Of a stretch of 64,000 bases of DNA, positions 61,314 through 64,000 are shown piece after piece. The position numbers were made by a program, and so were the translations under genes. This DNA is from Octopus sinensis (lineage: Eukaryota), in NCBI RefSeq assembly GCF_006345805.1, contig NC_043006.1, positions 72,912,001-72,976,000 on the forward strand. The letters are read 5' to 3'. The notes below the pieces were generated by a model. It was not told the DNA's origin. It saw only the letters and a program-made list of their open reading frames with translations, and searched no databases. Position 1 is the stretch's first letter, and the number at the start of each line of letters is the position of its first letter.

Positions 61314-64000
61314 TGTTATGGCAAGAATGGACTAGCTGAACTTGTATAAGTGGCAGCTTGTTTGACTGATGGAAGGAGATGAGAAATCACAGGAGGTCGA
61401 AAAGTGTTGTTTGTGAGTTCATGGAGTCACAGGAAATTGTTGAGAAGGTGTTACAGTGCATTGAGAGTTGTTTTGAACTGGTTACAGTTGTTAGCAGAGT
61501 ATTTGGGAATACATCAAGTGGAGACAGTTGGTGTCTACTCCATTCCCTAGCACTATATATATCACACTGTATTAGTGCATGACACTAAGGTGATATGTAC
61601 AGAAATCATATTATAAAAGAGGTGATGAGTGATTCGAAGCTTACGTTTGTCATTAACAATTTTTTATGATACAAGAAGTTTGTTAATTATAAGAGACCTA
61701 TTAGCTGGCATATTACAGTTGCAAAAGCAACAGCAACAGCAGCAGTGGAGGTGCAATGGCCCAGTGGTTAGGGCAGCAGACTTGTGGTCGTAAGAATGTG
61801 GTTTCAATTCGCAGACCGGGCATTGTGAGTGTTTACTGAGCAAAAACACCTAAGTTCCCCGTGGATCCGGCGGGGGGCGGGGGTGAACCCCACTGTATTC
61901 TTTCACCTCAACTTTCTCTCACTCTTTCTTCCTACTTCTGCCACAAAGCCGAGGAACCATGGTGTAACCCACTATGGTGTGGTAAGCTTTCAGACCCTAG
62001 TCTAGATTGCGAATCCTCTCTACCCTAGGATGGTTCAGCTCTCCACCCATTAAAAGCCACCGTTTATGGAATGAGGATAACAACGCAGCTTTCACGCCCA
62101 TGCAACCGCCAGTCTGTTGCGTGTGGTGGGTGGATCTTCAAGTTGCCACACGCATTCTTAGTAGCTTATAGTAGGCTCGAATTAGAGATTATTCTTTGTG
62201 GCTAATGGCGTGAGTCCTGATTGGAAGAAAAAGTGGAGAAGAAGAAGCAACAGGAGTTGCAGCAGCAACAACAGCAACAACTACATCACAAATAGTTGAT
62301 GGAGTCATGGTTAAAGAAGTCAGCAAAACACTGCAAGTTTGTTATTTCTAGATGTCATGGTGAATGCTATAACAGAATTTAGTTGTAACCCAGAAGAGGG
62401 TATAACTTTTTTGGCGTACTTCAGAAGATATGAAGAAACCTTCAAGGACGAATGCAAGTGTTGGACAGATGATGAAAAAGTGAAACTACTGTTACAGGAA
62501 CTAGATGCTTCAGAACATGGAAAATACTGCAATTTTATCTTGTCTAAAAAAACAAGTGAAATTTGTTTTGAGGAAACAATTGAATTGCTATCCAAAATGT
62601 TCAGTGATAAGAGTTCCTTGTTTAACACTCACTGGGAGTGTTTGAACTTAGTAAAAGAGGAGGATGAAGATTTTGTTATTTATATCAGAATTGTAAATAA
62701 AATGTGCGGAAAATTTAAACTGAAGGAATTATCTCCTGACATATTTAAATGCCTCATTTTTGTGCAAGGTTTGATGGCAAACAAAGATGCAGAAATACAT
62801 GCACAGATTCTTACAAAACTAGAACAGGAGGATCAGAATTTAAGCCTGCATGCAGTAGCAGAGGAATGTCAAAGAATTATCAACTTGCGACAGGATGTAA
62901 AGAAAATTAAAGGAAAAAAGTTTTCTCAAGTACAGACATGTCGACTGGAAATAAAGAATGTTATGATCGAATCCATGCCATGGATGTGGAGGTCTGCATT
63001 ATAAGAAAGACTGTCGATTTAAACCACAGAAATGTTTCAGTTGTTTAAAAAATAGGATGTAAAAGCTCACATTGCAGAGCAAAGCAAAAAAGGTTGGAAA
63101 AAATTCTAAAAAGGTTTGCTCAATGAAGTTGAGATGACACTCAAAAAAAGAAAGTTTGTATATGTAAAAAATAATTGTTGTGAACATGAAACTAGTAGTG
63201 CCATCACAATTATTGATACTGACATGTGGAAGACAATTGGGAAGCCTACATTAAAGAAAACATCAAAAAGTGCATGAAGCATCACAGGTGAAAGATTACA
63301 CTTCTTAGGTGAAATGGTAAGTAACATTGCATTTTGTGGTAAATCCTGTGAAGCAAAAGTGTTTGTGTTAAAAAATGCAACAAACCTGTTCGATACTGAC
63401 TGGATGGAGTTGTTTGATTTATGGGACCTCTCCATGAATCTGTTCTGTAAAAACATAAATGATTGTTCCTCCAGTAAGAATGAGGTGTCAGATGAATTAA
63501 GAAAAAAATTTTAAATGCTTTTGCTGAAGTGTTGTTGGATGAATTAGGTTTGTGTACTAAAACTGAGGCATGTTTCCAAATAAAGGAAAATGCAATACCA
63601 GTGTTCAAACCAAAAAGAACAGTACCTTTTGCTGTGATAAAGCATATTGATGGAGAATTAGACAGATTAGAGAACAGTGGAGTCATCCAAAAAGTGGAAT
63701 ATGCAAAATGGGCAGCTCCAATGATAACAAGAATAACAAGATTAGTGTGTGCGCTGATTTTTCCACTGGCTTGAATAAATGTCTGAAAACCTGTCACTAC
63801 CTACTCCGGAGGATATTTTTATGAAGTTAAACAGGGTCAAGATATTTTCGAAACTGGATCTCTTCAATGCATACCTACAAATTAGAGTAGATGAGGAATG
63901 CTCAATATATGTAACAGTGAATATGTATGAAGGATTATATAAATATAACAGATTACCACTTGGTCTAAATGTTGCACCTGCAATTTTTCTACAGGTTATG
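61314..64000 (+). mobile_element. Decayed Ty3/Gypsy LTR retrotransposon (putative 5' LTR ~61314-61615, PBS-like site, gag, protease, RT), running off the window
   Basis: Gag-like ORF 62339-63004 (TFLAYFRRYEETF...FKCLIFVQGL). Protease-like ETSSAITII...WKTIGKP. RT PVFKPKRTVPFA...WAAP...FSKLDLFNAYLQI...GLYKYNRLPLGLNVAPAIF. TG start at 61314 and AGGTGATGAG at ~61620 resembling the PBS TGGCGACGAG. SINE inserted at ~61746-61935. Confidence 0.88.

Overview
AT-rich, repeat-dense animal genomic DNA. The SINE families, microsatellite load and LINE set point to an octopus, but that is pattern recognition, not a database result. Most of the six-frame ORF track is noise from microsatellites and SINEs. One spliced host gene is well supported: a minus-strand gene with three coding exons (52242-51872, 44319-44130, 26220-26110). 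It has canonical GT-AG sites and matching phases, and encodes an uncharacterised 223-aa charged/coiled-coil protein ending ...LLRYNPINWSGTLS*. The rest is mobile DNA: at least four SINE families, CR1/L2-group, CRE-like and R4/Dong-like LINE relics, a decayed Ty3/Gypsy element at the right end, a Tigger/pogo relic and several MITEs. The most striking signal is about a dozen minimal type-I hammerhead-ribozyme motifs (stem I-CUGANGA-stem II-GAAA-palindromic stem III-UH-stem I'). They belong to several sequence families, and many sit in long fold-back repeats bounded by (TA)n. One lies just behind a Penelope-like endonuclease C-terminus, so I read the set as pseudo-LTR remnants of Penelope-like elements. 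Several lie in sense orientation within the 17.9-kb intron of the host gene. Repeat boundaries were read by eye and are approximate.
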